Shown here: positions 30,472 to 40,265 of the stretch, one piece after another
How the letters are laid out: every line of letters begins with the position of its first letter
Numbering within the stretch: the first letter of the stretch is position 1
Origin: an uncultured bacterium
GTDB taxonomy: Bacteria; Verrucomicrobiota; Verrucomicrobiia; Limisphaerales; UBA8199
Length of the DNA: 64,000 nucleotides
Direction of reading: 5' to 3'
Assembly (NCBI GenBank): GCA_963749495.1
Contig: CAVVMW010000029.1
Span: 75,357-139,356, forward strand
Translations under genes and position numbers: made by a program
Notes under the pieces: generated by a model
What the model saw: only the letters and a program-made list of their open reading frames with translations
Told to the model about the DNA's origin: nothing
Databases searched by the model: none

Positions 30472-32695
30472 CAGGGCTATTGACAAAGTCCGGCGGCACG
30501 TTTTGGCATCGGCACGGGTGGGTATTTTGAACCCGCCAGCCTCCACGAACGGCGCGCTCACTGAGAAAAAGCGCGTTGCTGGGCTGGTTTTCGAGGTCGG
30601 TGGGGCCATCACGGCAAAGCCGGAGGATGGCCGCTTTGGCGCAAGCAGCCTGCGGTTCTGGTTGAGGCGTTGCTTCTTAGTCTGCGTCTGTGCTTGAGCC
30701 GGTCATGAAGCGGCGGATTAAGCCCCAGGGACGGCGGCAAACCCGGCGCTCAAAATCCCGCTCAGAGAGCTTGCCGCCCCGGTGCGGGCGGTGAGTTTGG
30801 CACAGGAATATGGCCAAGGTGCGAAACAGCGAGAGGTTGCGAGCGGTGTTGGTTTCACGCACTGTGCAGCGGTCTTCGTCTTGAGTGCGGTCGCGGCGGT
30901 GATGCTGGCCATTTTCGATGCTCCAGTGATCGCGGGCCAACTGCTGCAACTCGTCGATCGAGGCCTCCTCCGGCCAGAGGTTGGTGAAGGGGAACGCCAC
31001 GTCGTGAGTCTCTTTAACCACCTGGCCCCGCCGCACGAACTGGACGTCGCGCTCGATGCGCAGCAGTTGAGCGGCCCCGGCCAGACCGAGAGTCGGAGGG
31101 TCAACCAGGCAAGACCACACGCGCCGGGTTTCAATCCGACCGTGGCCCTTGTCCACCACACTGAGTTGAGGGGGGAAGGGCGCCGGGCAGCAGTTGCTCG
31201 GCTTTGGCCCGGGCCAGAGGCTGGTTGCCTTTTAAGAAGAGCAAGTAGTCGGCTCCGTTGTTGAAGGTCAGTTGGCGGCAATTGGCTTTGATGGTATGGG
31301 CGGCATCGGCCGTGACTCGCACTCCAGCCAAATCCATCTGGGGCAGATGGGCGGCAACGGCGGCCTCTTCGTTGGTGTCCCGCGGCACGGCGATTTGATC
31401 AACCAGGCGTTGGTCGGAGGTCATGAAGTTGACCAGCGTCAGGGCCTTGTCGGCCTTGGGCTTTTGCTGCTCGATGGGAATCTCGCAAGGCTCAGGCGCC
31501 GGCAACTCCTGGGCGTTGTCCGCCTTGGGGCGGGCGGGGGCCGGTCGAGCGTTCTTGACGACTTTGCCATCGAAATGCACCGTCTTGAGCGGGGTGGGAT
31601 CCTCCTGGCGCATCCAGTCCACCAACACCGCCTTGAGCTGATCGGCATTCACCTTTTCTAACAAGCGCCGGAAGGTACGCTCACTGGGTACGTCGAACTG
31701 AGCGTGCGCGCCGGGACGGCGGCGGCAGCGCAAATGGCGGCGCTGTCCGTGGTTGAGGCTCTGGGCAAATTCGGCGATGGCGTGCGGCCCTTGGCAGCCC
31801 GCCGCCATGGCCAAGGCGAGCAGCGTCAGAAGCGTGGCCAACAGATGCCGCACCCCCTTGGGCTTGCGCGGTTCGGTCATGTGCAACCGGAAGCACTCCC
31901 AGAGCGAATGCAATCGTCCGGTGGCCACCGGACAAGGGGGCGGCAGGGGGCCGGCCGGATTGAGCAGGGCGGGCGGCAACTCTGGGGCTTGCAGTTGCTC
32001 CAAGTTCCGCGGGCTTAAGGGGCGCACCCACAGTTCCTTGGGGTGTTGCGTGTCGGTGTAGAAGTCCTGCCAGTTTCGCTCATAGCCCTGGGTCGGCCCC
32101 AGTTGTTGCCAACCCGCCGCTTTGTAGCAAGTGCCCTTGAAACGTTGTGGATCCACGAAGGTCTCCATCCCCAGCACCGGATGACCAAAGTGCTCCTGCC
32201 AATCCCGGGCTAGGCGCTCACAGACCAGTTTCAAGACCCGAGAGGCCAAATTCGGCCACCGACCGCTGCTGGGCAGCACCAAAAACCGGGCGTTCTGTGC
32301 AATCAAGTGCCGCCGTTCCTTGACTTGGCGCGGGGACCATTTGAGCCAGCGATCCCGTGGCTTGAGGTGCAAGGCGGGCGAACCAAACACCAGGAGCGCC
32401 ACCCACTGGCCCTGATACTCGGCCACATACCGCAGCACCTGCCCCACTACCGTGGGGTTCTTTAGATAATGCTTGGTCGCCAGCAACTCATCGAAGCGAT
32501 CTCGATCTGATTCGTCGATCAACCGCAGAGTGATTGCGCTGAGCAGCCTGGGCTCGGGAGGAAGCCCCCTTTGAAACAGTCGGCCAAATGAATAGACATG
32601 GCCCCAGTCCAGCACAGTCAGAGGACCGACGCCAGCCAATTCTTCCTAAGTCATTGCCCATTAGAGCGCCCCCCGGGTCCTTGCCAGCCGCCCTG
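30472..32695 (-). mobile_element. ISAs1-family IS with DUF4338/DruA-like N-terminal fusion; 10-bp TSD
   Basis: Imperfect IRs beginning CAGGGC at both ends. TTCGGAGGGT is duplicated at 30462-30471 and 32696-32705. Confidence 0.9.
30677..32639 (-). CDS. DUF4338 + ISAs1 transposase; +1 frame break at C6 near 31172; start uncertain
   Basis: HYL...RDRWLKWS...NARFLVLP...NLASRVL...ETFVDP..F.GTCYKAAGW (DUF4338). FDGK, NE, VTADAAHT, LKGNQP, KGHGRIETR, HWSIENGQH.RD...ED (ISAs1). Confidence 0.88.
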
Positions 32696-32798
32696 TTCGG
32701 AGGGTGGCTCGCATGTCCTCCACCAGCTCCGGATGCTTGCGCACAAGCCGTCTCGCTGAGCGCGAAAAAGCCCGAGTGGGCAGGAGTGGTCGCTTCAT
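32696..32798 (-). pseudogene. RelE/YafQ-like toxin N-terminus interrupted by the ISAs1 element
   Basis: MKRPLLPTRAFSRSARRLVRKHPELVEDMRATLR ends at the TSD. Confidence 0.6.
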
Positions 32799-33011
32799 TC
32801 AAGGAGGTCCCCGACGATTTCGTCCGGAGATGCAGGTCGGCAACGGCCTGCGCTGAACTCCCTGCGAGCCTGCCTTCACCGTCAGCGCCAACTCGGCCCG
32901 CCGGCGTTCGCGCAGGCGCTGCTGGATAATGGATACCAGTTCCTGTTGATCCTCCAACGGGAGCGTCTCGACCGATTCAAGCACCTCACCAAATGTGTTC
33001 ACGGCCTCCAA
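32799..33011 (-). CDS. Small putative antitoxin
   Basis: TFGEVLESVETLPLEDQQELVSIIQQRLRERRR, directly upstream of the toxin remnant. Confidence 0.6.
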   Translation of the reverse strand: MEAVNTFGEVLESVETLPLEDQQELVSIIQQRLRERRRAELALTVKAGSQGVQRRPLPTCISGRNRRGPP

Positions 33012-33079
33012 AATAGACCCATCCCTGGACGCGAACAAGCCTCCTTTCCGCGTGCGTGGTCAGGAAAGGGGAACGCAGC

Positions 33080-33495
33080 ATTTGAGTTGTTTCACTCCTT
33101 TCCCAACGCACGTTACAGACAAATCCATCCGCGCCGACCAGCAGGAACGACAGGCCCTCGCTCCGGCCGAGCACGGCGAGGCTCGGCGAGCCCGTCTGGG
33201 CAGGCAAAGGGAGGCGCCAGAGGACGGAACCTTCGGCGGGGGTGCGGCCGGCCCTCAGGCAGACGAGTTGCCGGCCGATGACGAACACGGCTTCGTCCCG
33301 CCCGTCGCCGTTGAAATCCGCGCTGGCAGAGCCAATCACACTCCCGGGAGCAGGCATGGGCAAACGCCCGAGCAGCAGGCCGGCCGCGGTGCCCTAGCAG
33401 CGGATGCCATCGGGGTAGCCCGCGCCCATAGCCTCAAGGCGGCCTTGGCCCGTAAAGTTGCCGAACACCGGCCAATCCTGGGGCCAATCGAGCGA
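33080..33495 (-). pseudogene. C-terminal remnant of an FG-GAP/VCBS-like protein with an internal stop
   Basis: ADFNGDGRDE motif and LVGADGFVC. In-frame TAG near 33394. Truncated at the MITE. Confidence 0.5.
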
Positions 33496-33497
33496 AG

Positions 33498-34402
33498 ATA
33501 GAGAACGGATTAAGGTTTTTGTAACCGCGGAATACGCGGAATACGCGAAAGCCTTTTGTTTTCCGCGTATTCCGCGTATTCCGCTCGCAGCCCATAAGGC
33601 TGCCAGTCCAGCCGGTGGAAGTCCGGCGATGGTAACTGACGATGAACCATACAGTGATAACCGACACGGGAAGGGGCGACCCGACCCGCGAAAGCTCGGT
33701 CGTAAAAGTCCTGGCCGGAGCAGGGCGAGCAACACCTCCAGGCCGTAGCATAAAGCGAAAGCTGCAGCTTCGTTACGCTACCCACGGGTTCCGGATTCGT
33801 GGGATTTGTGACTGCCGAGCCGGTGCGAAAACGGCGAAGGCACAACCAACGATGAAGGCATCGTCGCAGGCAATCGTTGGAGTCACCGGAGTACGGGCGG
33901 CGGCATGGGGTGAAAGGACTGGCAGAGTAAATTGGGGACCCTCTGGGGCTGGCGGGTTGGCCCCGCAGCCTGGCGGAATAATGCATAAGCCGCTGGGTGG
34001 CCAACAGAGGCGCACATGTGGCCATAGTAAGCGAGGAGCCGACCGGACAGCACAACCGGTTGGGGAGCCAAGGGCCACTGGACCCGCGGTCGTGGTCAGA
34101 AGTTCTCGGTGCCGCTTGGACGCAAGTCCGACTACGGAACAACCGCCGGGGACGGAGATACCGACAGTGACGGCCTATAAGCGGGCGGTAGCACGCCCGC
34201 GAAGGTGGCCGTGGCGTCAGGCGGGTTTGAAGCCGGTACTGGGGAAAACCCACCGTACGGAATTTTAGAGGGGGCAGAGGAAACGAAGTGGATGGCCTGA
34301 TGACCGTTTGCCACGATGCCCGAAAGGGCCGATACACTGGAAGTCATTGGCCTAATCATGTTCGCGCCTCTGCTCTACTCGATGGTTTAATCCGTTCTCT
34401 AT
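33498..34402. mobile_element. Small MITE (about 106 bp when empty) holding the 9-nt periodic repeat doublet; host of intron copy 1
   Basis: Perfect 16-bp TIR ATAGAGAACGGATTAA (33498-33513) and TTAATCCGTTCTCTAT (34387-34402). Confidence 0.75.
33585..34383 (+). ncRNA. ORF-less group II intron, copy 1 (799 nt)
   Basis: DV-like GAAGCCGGTACTGGGGAAAACCCACCGTACGGAATT at about 34229-34265. DVI stem GGGGCAGAGG/CCTCTGCTCTA ending ACTCGAT. DI stem CTGCCAGTCC/GGACTGGCAG. DIII-like CATAGTAAGC...GCCAAGGG. No RT ORF. Confidence 0.88.
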
Positions 34403-34781
34403 GTCTTCTGGATTGGCACGGAAACTGACGAGGCCTGATTCTAGTGCCTGGCGTCGCGCGTTCGGTTCTCTTCGGATTTGCGTCGCACAGCATGGAACGG
34501 GGCCGCACGTGTCCGCTCGCGATCTCCCTCTCACGCCGCTCTACCTCCGCCAACTCATCGGCTTCCGTCATTTCCCCCCAACCGGCGGCGGCGCATTAGG
34601 CCCCGCGGCTGGCTCGGCGCCGACGCTCCCGTCCTTCTCGTCGTCGTTTGCCGGTGAACTCATAGACCTCCGGCAGCCTGCCGGCTGATATGTGCGCCGT
34701 CAACCGGACCCGCCAAAGGGACTTAAGCGCCCGTGCAAAAAACAATTCGGATTCTCTTTCCATTATGCCGGCGGCTCGGGC

Positions 34782-37208
34782 TTAATTCTTCGGTTTCCTA
34801 TTCTTCAACTGTTCGGCCAGCGACTGTATCTGGGTGTTTTTGGGGTCGAGCTTGAGGGTGGTTTCGGCCAGGAGGCGCGCGTCGTCCACGCGGTTTAGAC
34901 TGAGCAGCAGTTGGACGTAGCGGAACACGGCGTCGGGGCTGACAGGGCAAAGGGCGTAGGCCTGACGGAAGGCGAAATCGGCCTCTTTGGTCATCTGCTG
35001 TTTCTCGGCGGGAGTTTTGGCCTCGGTGATGCGCCAATTATAGACGCCGCCGATGGAGCTGCGCAGCTTGGAGAAGAACTTTTGCGCCCAGGTGTCCTCG
35101 GCGAATTGCGGGTCGCCCTTGAAACCGCCAAGGTCATGCCTGCCATAGACCTTCTCCGCAAAGGCGGCGACCTTGGCGACCGGGGTGTCGTAGTTGAGCC
35201 AATCGCCGAGCATCGGCCGGAGATAACCCGACCAGTATTCATGGTCCTGCCGAATGAGTTCCTCGGAAAGCCTGGGCAGCGGCTGGCGGTTGATTTTCAT
35301 AATCAGGCCGTTGGGGGAGAGATAGGGATACATCCAATCCAGCGGGAAGCTCTCCTCGATGTAAAACTCGCGGTCGGGGTTGCGGTCAAAGATGATTTTT
35401 GCGAGCACGCCATTGATGCTCATGACGGCGACCTGGCCGCTGACCTGGAGCGTCGGGCCGCTCATTCGCACGTCCTCGCCCGGCTTGAGCTTATTCGCGG
35501 CAAGCCGCCCGCGGGCATCCGCCAGGTATTCCTCAAAGGTGTTTCTGCTATCTTCGGCAGTGGGGGTGTAGATAGTTGGGCCGTACATCGCCCGCAGGTA
35601 ATCCAGGTAGGTGCCATCCGCCAGGGCGTTTTGCGTGAGGGCAAAGAATGGTTTGCCCTCCGCATGGGACTCGGACATGGCGGTGATGACCCCGCGGCCG
35701 GGGTCGGTCCCGCCGAAGTAAATGCTGCCGGGCGGGATGGATTTGATGATGTCATTGCCGTACGCCAGCACGTATTTCTCCTTCCAGTTGGCAAATTGCT
35801 CCCAGGCCAAGTCGGTCTCAAGAACGGCGGACCAAACCGGCGTGCCCGTGTAGTAGACCTTTTCCCCGGCATTGGTGTAGGAACCTCCGCGGCGTTGGCG
35901 CATCGCCAACCAAAGGTTCGTCGCAGTTTGCCAATCGCCGCCCGTGCCGGCCTTAAAGTACGGCCAGACCTCCGGCTCGAGAAACAGGGGCCTTTTCTCC
36001 AGTTCGGCCAAGCGATGGGCTTGCGCGGCCTTTGCGGTGAAGAAGGCCCGTAAGCGGGCATCGTACCATGGCTTTGCATCAGCAGTGGGAGCGGGAGTAT
36101 TTGCCTCCGGCTTCTGCGCGGCGACGGCTGCAACGAACGCGAGCACGGCGCCACAGCACAAACCCACCAGCAGAGCGCGCGGACCGCCTCGGGCGCGGGA
36201 GCCATCCACGATGGCGGCAATCCGCCCCTCGAGGCGCGTGGAGCGGGCCATCGCAATGGCTGCTACCTGCGGCACGCGCCGGAAACTCCGGGCGATTTCC
36301 AACAGGTGGGCCGCGTAATCGGAGGCCTTGCAGCCGCCGTTCAGGACCAAGTCGTCGCAGGCCCGCTCGCGTTCGATGCACATCCGCCGCGCCCCCACCC
36401 AGACCAGCGGGTTGAACCAATAAACCGCACAGGCCACGCGGGCCATCATTTGGGTCAGGCAATCCCAGCGTTTCACGTGCGCCAGCTCGTGCAGCAGCAC
36501 GATCCGGCGTCGCTCCGGCGACCATTCATCGGCCTGGGCCGGGAGCAGGATGACCGGCTTCCACCAGCCCCAGGTCACCGGCATCAGGTCGTCGGCAGAC
36601 TGCAACAAGGTCACCCGCCGCCCAACCCGCAATCTTTCGCAAAGCAGGCGCAACAACGGGAGCCAGTCCGCACTCGAAGGCGGGTGCGCGGCCCGGCGCA
36701 GCCCCCGGAGCCGCAGGCGTCCGACCGCGACCCAAAGGAGAATGACAACCGTCCCGCCCAGCCACCCGGCCAGGACCAAGGCTGCCCAACCGGTGTGGAA
36801 ATGAGTCGCCAGCCCTGGTCCTCTGGCGCCCTGGGCAGGGGCAAGAACCGGAACCGCCGCGGCGGGCCAAGGGCCAGCCGCCTGGCGGACGGAGGCTGTA
36901 GTCGCTTTGGCCGGCATAAACTCCAGCGTGAGCGTGAATTCGTTTCCCGAATCGGCGCGCATCCCCACCGTCCAAAGGGGCCGTTGCCATGCCGGCATCA
37001 GGCCCGAAAGGCCCGGCAAACAGAGCAATCCCCCCATCGCCACAAGCCACACCAGGTGGCGCACGGAGGCGGCCGCCCGGCGCCAGCAAAGGCAGACTCC
37101 GCCCGCCCCGATGAGAATGACAAAGCTCTTGAGCAACAGGTCCGGAAACCCGCCGGCAAGCTGCGAGTGCTGGAGCCAATGCGTCACCATTGCAGTCCAT
37201 GAATTCAT
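34782..37208 (-). CDS. M56 (BlaR1/MecR1-like) metallopeptidase signal transducer with C-terminal TPR
   Basis: TM helices, HELAH zincin motif, WFNPLVW, ERACDD. Confidence 0.92.
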   Translation of the reverse strand: MNSWTAMVTHWLQHSQLAGGFPDLLLKSFVILIGAGGVCLCWRRAAASVRHLVWLVAMGGLLCLPGLSGLMPAWQRPLWTVGMRADSGNEFTLTLEFMPAKATTASVRQAAGPWPAAAVPVLAPAQGARGPGLATHFHTGWAALVLAGWLGGTVVILLWVAVGRLRLRGLRRAAHPPSSADWLPLLRLLCERLRVGRRVTLLQSADDLMPVTWGWWKPVILLPAQADEWSPERRRIVLLHELAHVKRWDCLTQMMARVACAVYWFNPLVWVGARRMCIERERACDDLVLNGGCKASDYAAHLLEIARSFRRVPQVAAIAMARSTRLEGRIAAIVDGSRARGGPRALLVGLCCGAVLAFVAAVAAQKPEANTPAPTADAKPWYDARLRAFFTAKAAQAHRLAELEKRPLFLEPEVWPYFKAGTGGDWQTATNLWLAMRQRRGGSYTNAGEKVYYTGTPVWSAVLETDLAWEQFANWKEKYVLAYGNDIIKSIPPGSIYFGGTDPGRGVITAMSESHAEGKPFFALTQNALADGTYLDYLRAMYGPTIYTPTAEDSRNTFEEYLADARGRLAANKLKPGEDVRMSGPTLQVSGQVAVMSINGVLAKIIFDRNPDREFYIEESFPLDWMYPYLSPNGLIMKINRQPLPRLSEELIRQDHEYWSGYLRPMLGDWLNYDTPVAKVAAFAEKVYGRHDLGGFKGDPQFAEDTWAQKFFSKLRSSIGGVYNWRITEAKTPAEKQQMTKEADFAFRQAYALCPVSPDAVFRYVQLLLSLNRVDDARLLAETTLKLDPKNTQIQSLAEQLKNRKPKN

Positions 37209-37209
37209 G

Positions 37210-37593
37210 CTAACGGCCTTCCTTCCTGGCTTTTTTGATGAGCTGCTCCAGTTTGATCAATTCTGCACCCGAAACCTCGGTGTCGGCGCTCTCCAGGAGC
37301 GCCGCCATCGCCTGCGCCACCGACCCCTGGAAAAACGTGGAGACCACCCGCTTCAACGCGGAACGGCGGGCGATCTTGGGCGAGGTTCGCGGGACATAAA
37401 CATAACGCGCCCCCTCGCGCCGGTGCCGCAGATGGCCTTTTGCCTCAAGGATGCGCAGCAGGGCGCGGACGGCCGAATAACCCGGAGGGGACGGCAGGGC
37501 GGCGAGAACCTCCGCCGCGCCGGCCCGGCCCTTGGCATGGAGGACATCCATGATCTGGCGTTCGCGGCGGCTGAGATTTTGTTCCAAATTCAT
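37210..37593 (-). CDS. BlaI/MecI/CopY family repressor
   Basis: LSRRERQIMDVL, YSAVRALLRILEAKG, FFQGS. Confidence 0.93.
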   Translation of the reverse strand: MNLEQNLSRRERQIMDVLHAKGRAGAAEVLAALPSPPGYSAVRALLRILEAKGHLRHRREGARYVYVPRTSPKIARRSALKRVVSTFFQGSVAQAMAALLESADTEVSGAELIKLEQLIKKARKEGR

Positions 37594-37599
37594 CTTAAA

Positions 37600-37635
37600 G
37601 TGCTAAAACATTAGCACATTGGAACCGGGTGTCAA
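37600..37635 (-). promoter_or_regulatory. Promoter and palindromic operator of the blaI-like operon
   Basis: Palindrome GTGCTAA-AACA-TTAGCAC (37600-37617) overlaps the -10 region. TTGACA on the minus strand at 37630-37635. Confidence 0.65.
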
Positions 37636-37814
37636 CAACAAAATGCGAAAAAGTTAGCAGCAGCCCGGGGCCGTCGAGAATTGAGGTCAAACCCGGCCCG
37701 GGACCTTCCAAGGCATAAGCGACGAAAGAGACTCGGGTCCCGAGCCGGCGGCGTTTGCTCTCGATTTTCCTTTTCCTCCTCCGCCCGGCTATTGGAGAAT
37801 TGGGCCCGGTTTCG

Positions 37815-39416
37815 ATGACTATGAGTGCCTCGGCCCGTCCTTTGGTCCATCTGGAGTTGCTGCCCCTGGGCAAGGTCGTCTCCGTCGAGCGGGGCACGGC
37901 GTTGCAGGACGTGCTGTTCGTGCACGGCGTCGAGTTTCCTTGCGGGGGGCGCGGCCGGTGTACCGGGTGCAAGATCAAGGTCCTGGCAGGCTCGTTGCCG
38001 GTCACCGAGGAAGACAGCCGCCGGCTCAGTGCGGCGGAGTTGGGCCAGGGGTGGCGCCTGGCGTGCCGCGCGCGCGCGGACGGCAACCTCAAGATCGAAC
38101 TGGCCCAGTGGGAGGCAGCCATCCTCACGGACGACTCCGCCTTTGCCTTCAAGCCGCGGCCGGGCCTGGGCATCGCCGTGGACCTGGGCACCACCACGGT
38201 CGTGGCCCAACTGCTCGACCTGGAGACGGGCCAGGTCCTGGCGGTGCGGGCAGAGTTGAACGCCCAGGCCAAACACGGCGCCGACATCATGAGCCGCGTG
38301 GAATTTGCCGTGGCCGGCGGCGGCCAGCGCATCCTGGAGGCGCTCATTCGGGGGCAGATCTGGCGCCTGGTCCGGGAACTCCTCGAGGGCGCCAGCCGCC
38401 GGACGGGACTTGCGGCCGCCGAGGCCTCAAGCCCCGGCGCTGCGCGCCGCGGCGCCCCACCGCACAGGCTCGAACGCATCGTCCTGGTGGGCAACACGGT
38501 GATGCACCACCTGTTTTGCGGCATCGATGTCGAGCCGCTCTCGCATTATCCGTTCGAACCGCGAGAGCCCGGGCTGCGCGGGTTCCGGGCGGCCGAGCTC
38601 GGGTGGGCGCTGCCGGACAACCCGGCGGTGCAGTTCCTGCCCTGCCTGGGCGGATTTGTCGGCAGCGACATCCTGGCGGGCGTGCTGGCAACCCGGCTTC
38701 ATGAGGCCCAATCACCGGCCGCCCTGATCGACCTGGGCACCAATGGCGAAATCGTCGTCGGCAACCGCCAGGGCCTGTTGTGCGCCTCGACTGCCGCGGG
38801 GCCCGCCTTCGAGGGCGCCCGCATCTCGATGGGCATGCGCGCCGCCACCGGGGCCATCTCCCAAGTCTGGCTCGAAGCCGGCCAGCCCCGGTGCCGCGTC
38901 CTGGGCCACGGCGAGCCGCGCGGCATCTGCGGCAGCGGGTTGGTCGATGCCGTGGCGGCCGGCCTCGACCTGGGCCGGGTCCTGCCCACCGGCCGGTTGA
39001 CCGGCGGCGACTCGTTCGTGCTCGCCGCGCCCGTCTCGCTCACGCAACAGGACGTGCGCGAACTGCAACTGGCCAAGGGCGCCATCGCCGCCGGCCTGCG
39101 CCTGCTCCTGGAGCAATGGGGCGCCGCCCAGCAAGACCTGGACCGTGTCTATCTGGCCGGGGCCTTTGGCAACTATATTAACTATGCCAGCGCGCGGCGC
39201 ATCGGCCTGCTGGGCTTCCCGCCCGAGAAGGTCCGGCCTGCGGGCAACACCGCCCTGCTCGGCGCCAAGCTCGCCCTCTTCAGCCTCGGCGAACAGGATG
39301 GCTCCTATCCCCATGTCCTGAGCAAGGTCAGGCACGTCTGCCTCAACCAAGACCCGCATTTCCAGGATGCTTACGTCGAGGAGATGTCGTTTCCGGCCCT
39401 GCTGGAACCGGCGTGA
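37815..39416 (+). CDS. 2Fe-2S + ASKHA (DUF4445/RACo-like) protein
   Basis: CGGRGRCTGC...RLAC, DLGTTT, GFVGSD, DLGTNGE, AGPAFEG, GICGSG, LAGAFG. Confidence 0.92.
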   Translation: MTMSASARPLVHLELLPLGKVVSVERGTALQDVLFVHGVEFPCGGRGRCTGCKIKVLAGSLPVTEEDSRRLSAAELGQGWRLACRARADGNLKIELAQWEAAILTDDSAFAFKPRPGLGIAVDLGTTTVVAQLLDLETGQVLAVRAELNAQAKHGADIMSRVEFAVAGGGQRILEALIRGQIWRLVRELLEGASRRTGLAAAEASSPGAARRGAPPHRLERIVLVGNTVMHHLFCGIDVEPLSHYPFEPREPGLRGFRAAELGWALPDNPAVQFLPCLGGFVGSDILAGVLATRLHEAQSPAALIDLGTNGEIVVGNRQGLLCASTAAGPAFEGARISMGMRAATGAISQVWLEAGQPRCRVLGHGEPRGICGSGLVDAVAAGLDLGRVLPTGRLTGGDSFVLAAPVSLTQQDVRELQLAKGAIAAGLRLLLEQWGAAQQDLDRVYLAGAFGNYINYASARRIGLLGFPPEKVRPAGNTALLGAKLALFSLGEQDGSYPHVLSKVRHVCLNQDPHFQDAYVEEMSFPALLEPA

Positions 39417-39526
39417 GAACGTGAAACGTGAAACGTGAGAACGTGAAACGTGAAACGTGAAACGTGATGCGTGAAACGTGATGCGTGAAACGTGAAACGT
39501 GAACGCTGAACCCTGAACCCTGAACC
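39412..39526 (+). repeat. Degenerate heptamer array (CGTGAAA)n grading into (CCTGAAC)n
   Basis: Read directly; overlaps the ASKHA stop codon. Confidence 0.9.
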
Positions 39527-39531
39527 GTTAT

Positions 39532-39549
39532 CCTTGACCTGGGTCAAGG
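39532..39549. promoter_or_regulatory. FNR/Crp-type palindrome TTGAC-N4-GTCAA upstream of feoA
   Basis: CCTTGACCTGGGTCAAGG. Confidence 0.55.
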
Positions 39550-39648
39550 CACCCGGGGCCGGAAGATGGCAATTTATGTCAACGAAAGTGCAAGAAACGT
39601 GTGGAGACAGCAGGGGCTGCGGAGGAGAATCTGCACAGTTGCGTTGAT

Positions 39649-39942
39649 ATGAACTGGACGAAGCTAGTTGATTCGGATTACGTCGAAAAAACCGTGTGTG
39701 AGGTCTGTCCGTTGAACCGGGTCAAGGCCGGCGTGGCGGTGCGCATCAAGCGGCTGTGCGCCTCGCCCGAGGTGCAGAATCGCCTGCGCGAGATCGGGTT
39801 CTGCGAGGAGCAGATCATCAGCCTGCTGACCAGCCACACCAACTACATCTGCCTGGTTTGCAACGCCCGCCTGGCCATCAGCGAACAATTGGCCCGCCTG
39901 ATCCTGGTCGAACCCCTCCAGCCCGCCCGCGTCGTCGCGTAG
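39649..39942 (+). CDS. feoA: FeoA-domain protein
   Basis: CPLNRVKAG..VRI..L...RLREIGF...RLAISEQLA. Confidence 0.8.
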   Translation: MNWTKLVDSDYVEKTVCEVCPLNRVKAGVAVRIKRLCASPEVQNRLREIGFCEEQIISLLTSHTNYICLVCNARLAISEQLARLILVEPLQPARVVA

Positions 39943-40265
39943 GCGCGCCGGGGAAGTTGAACAGGAGGAAACAGAGAGAACAGAGGGCTTCCACCTTTTT
40001 CCCCCGCCCTGCCATTTCTTCCAGCGCGTCGGGTGCATTTCACTTTCTTGGGTAGCCCCTTATAATCCCGAAGGGATGCAATCACTCAGCCCAGGGTTGA
40101 ACGAAGCCGCTACGCGGCGGAGAAGACGGAACTGCTGCGGCTCCGCAGTTCGCAGGCTGGAGGGCTGGTTTTGCGTTGGCCTATGGCCGGGACTCCCACA
40201 GACTGATGACGGTTCGCCATGCACTGACGCACGGCAAACCGTCAACATTAATCTGTACCGCAGCT

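Noticed and set aside
31131..32639. Druantia defence system
   Set aside because: No DruB-E genes are present, and the DUF4338 domain lies within IS ends bounded by a TSD.
33510..34337. ORFs across the introns (275, 208 and 327 aa) as intron-encoded proteins
   Set aside because: They have no RT motifs such as YADD. They are incidental readings of GC-rich structured RNA.
34420..34690. Addiction-module-like fragment (DELAEVERREREIASG)
   Set aside because: It is a short degenerate stretch with no coherent ORF pair.
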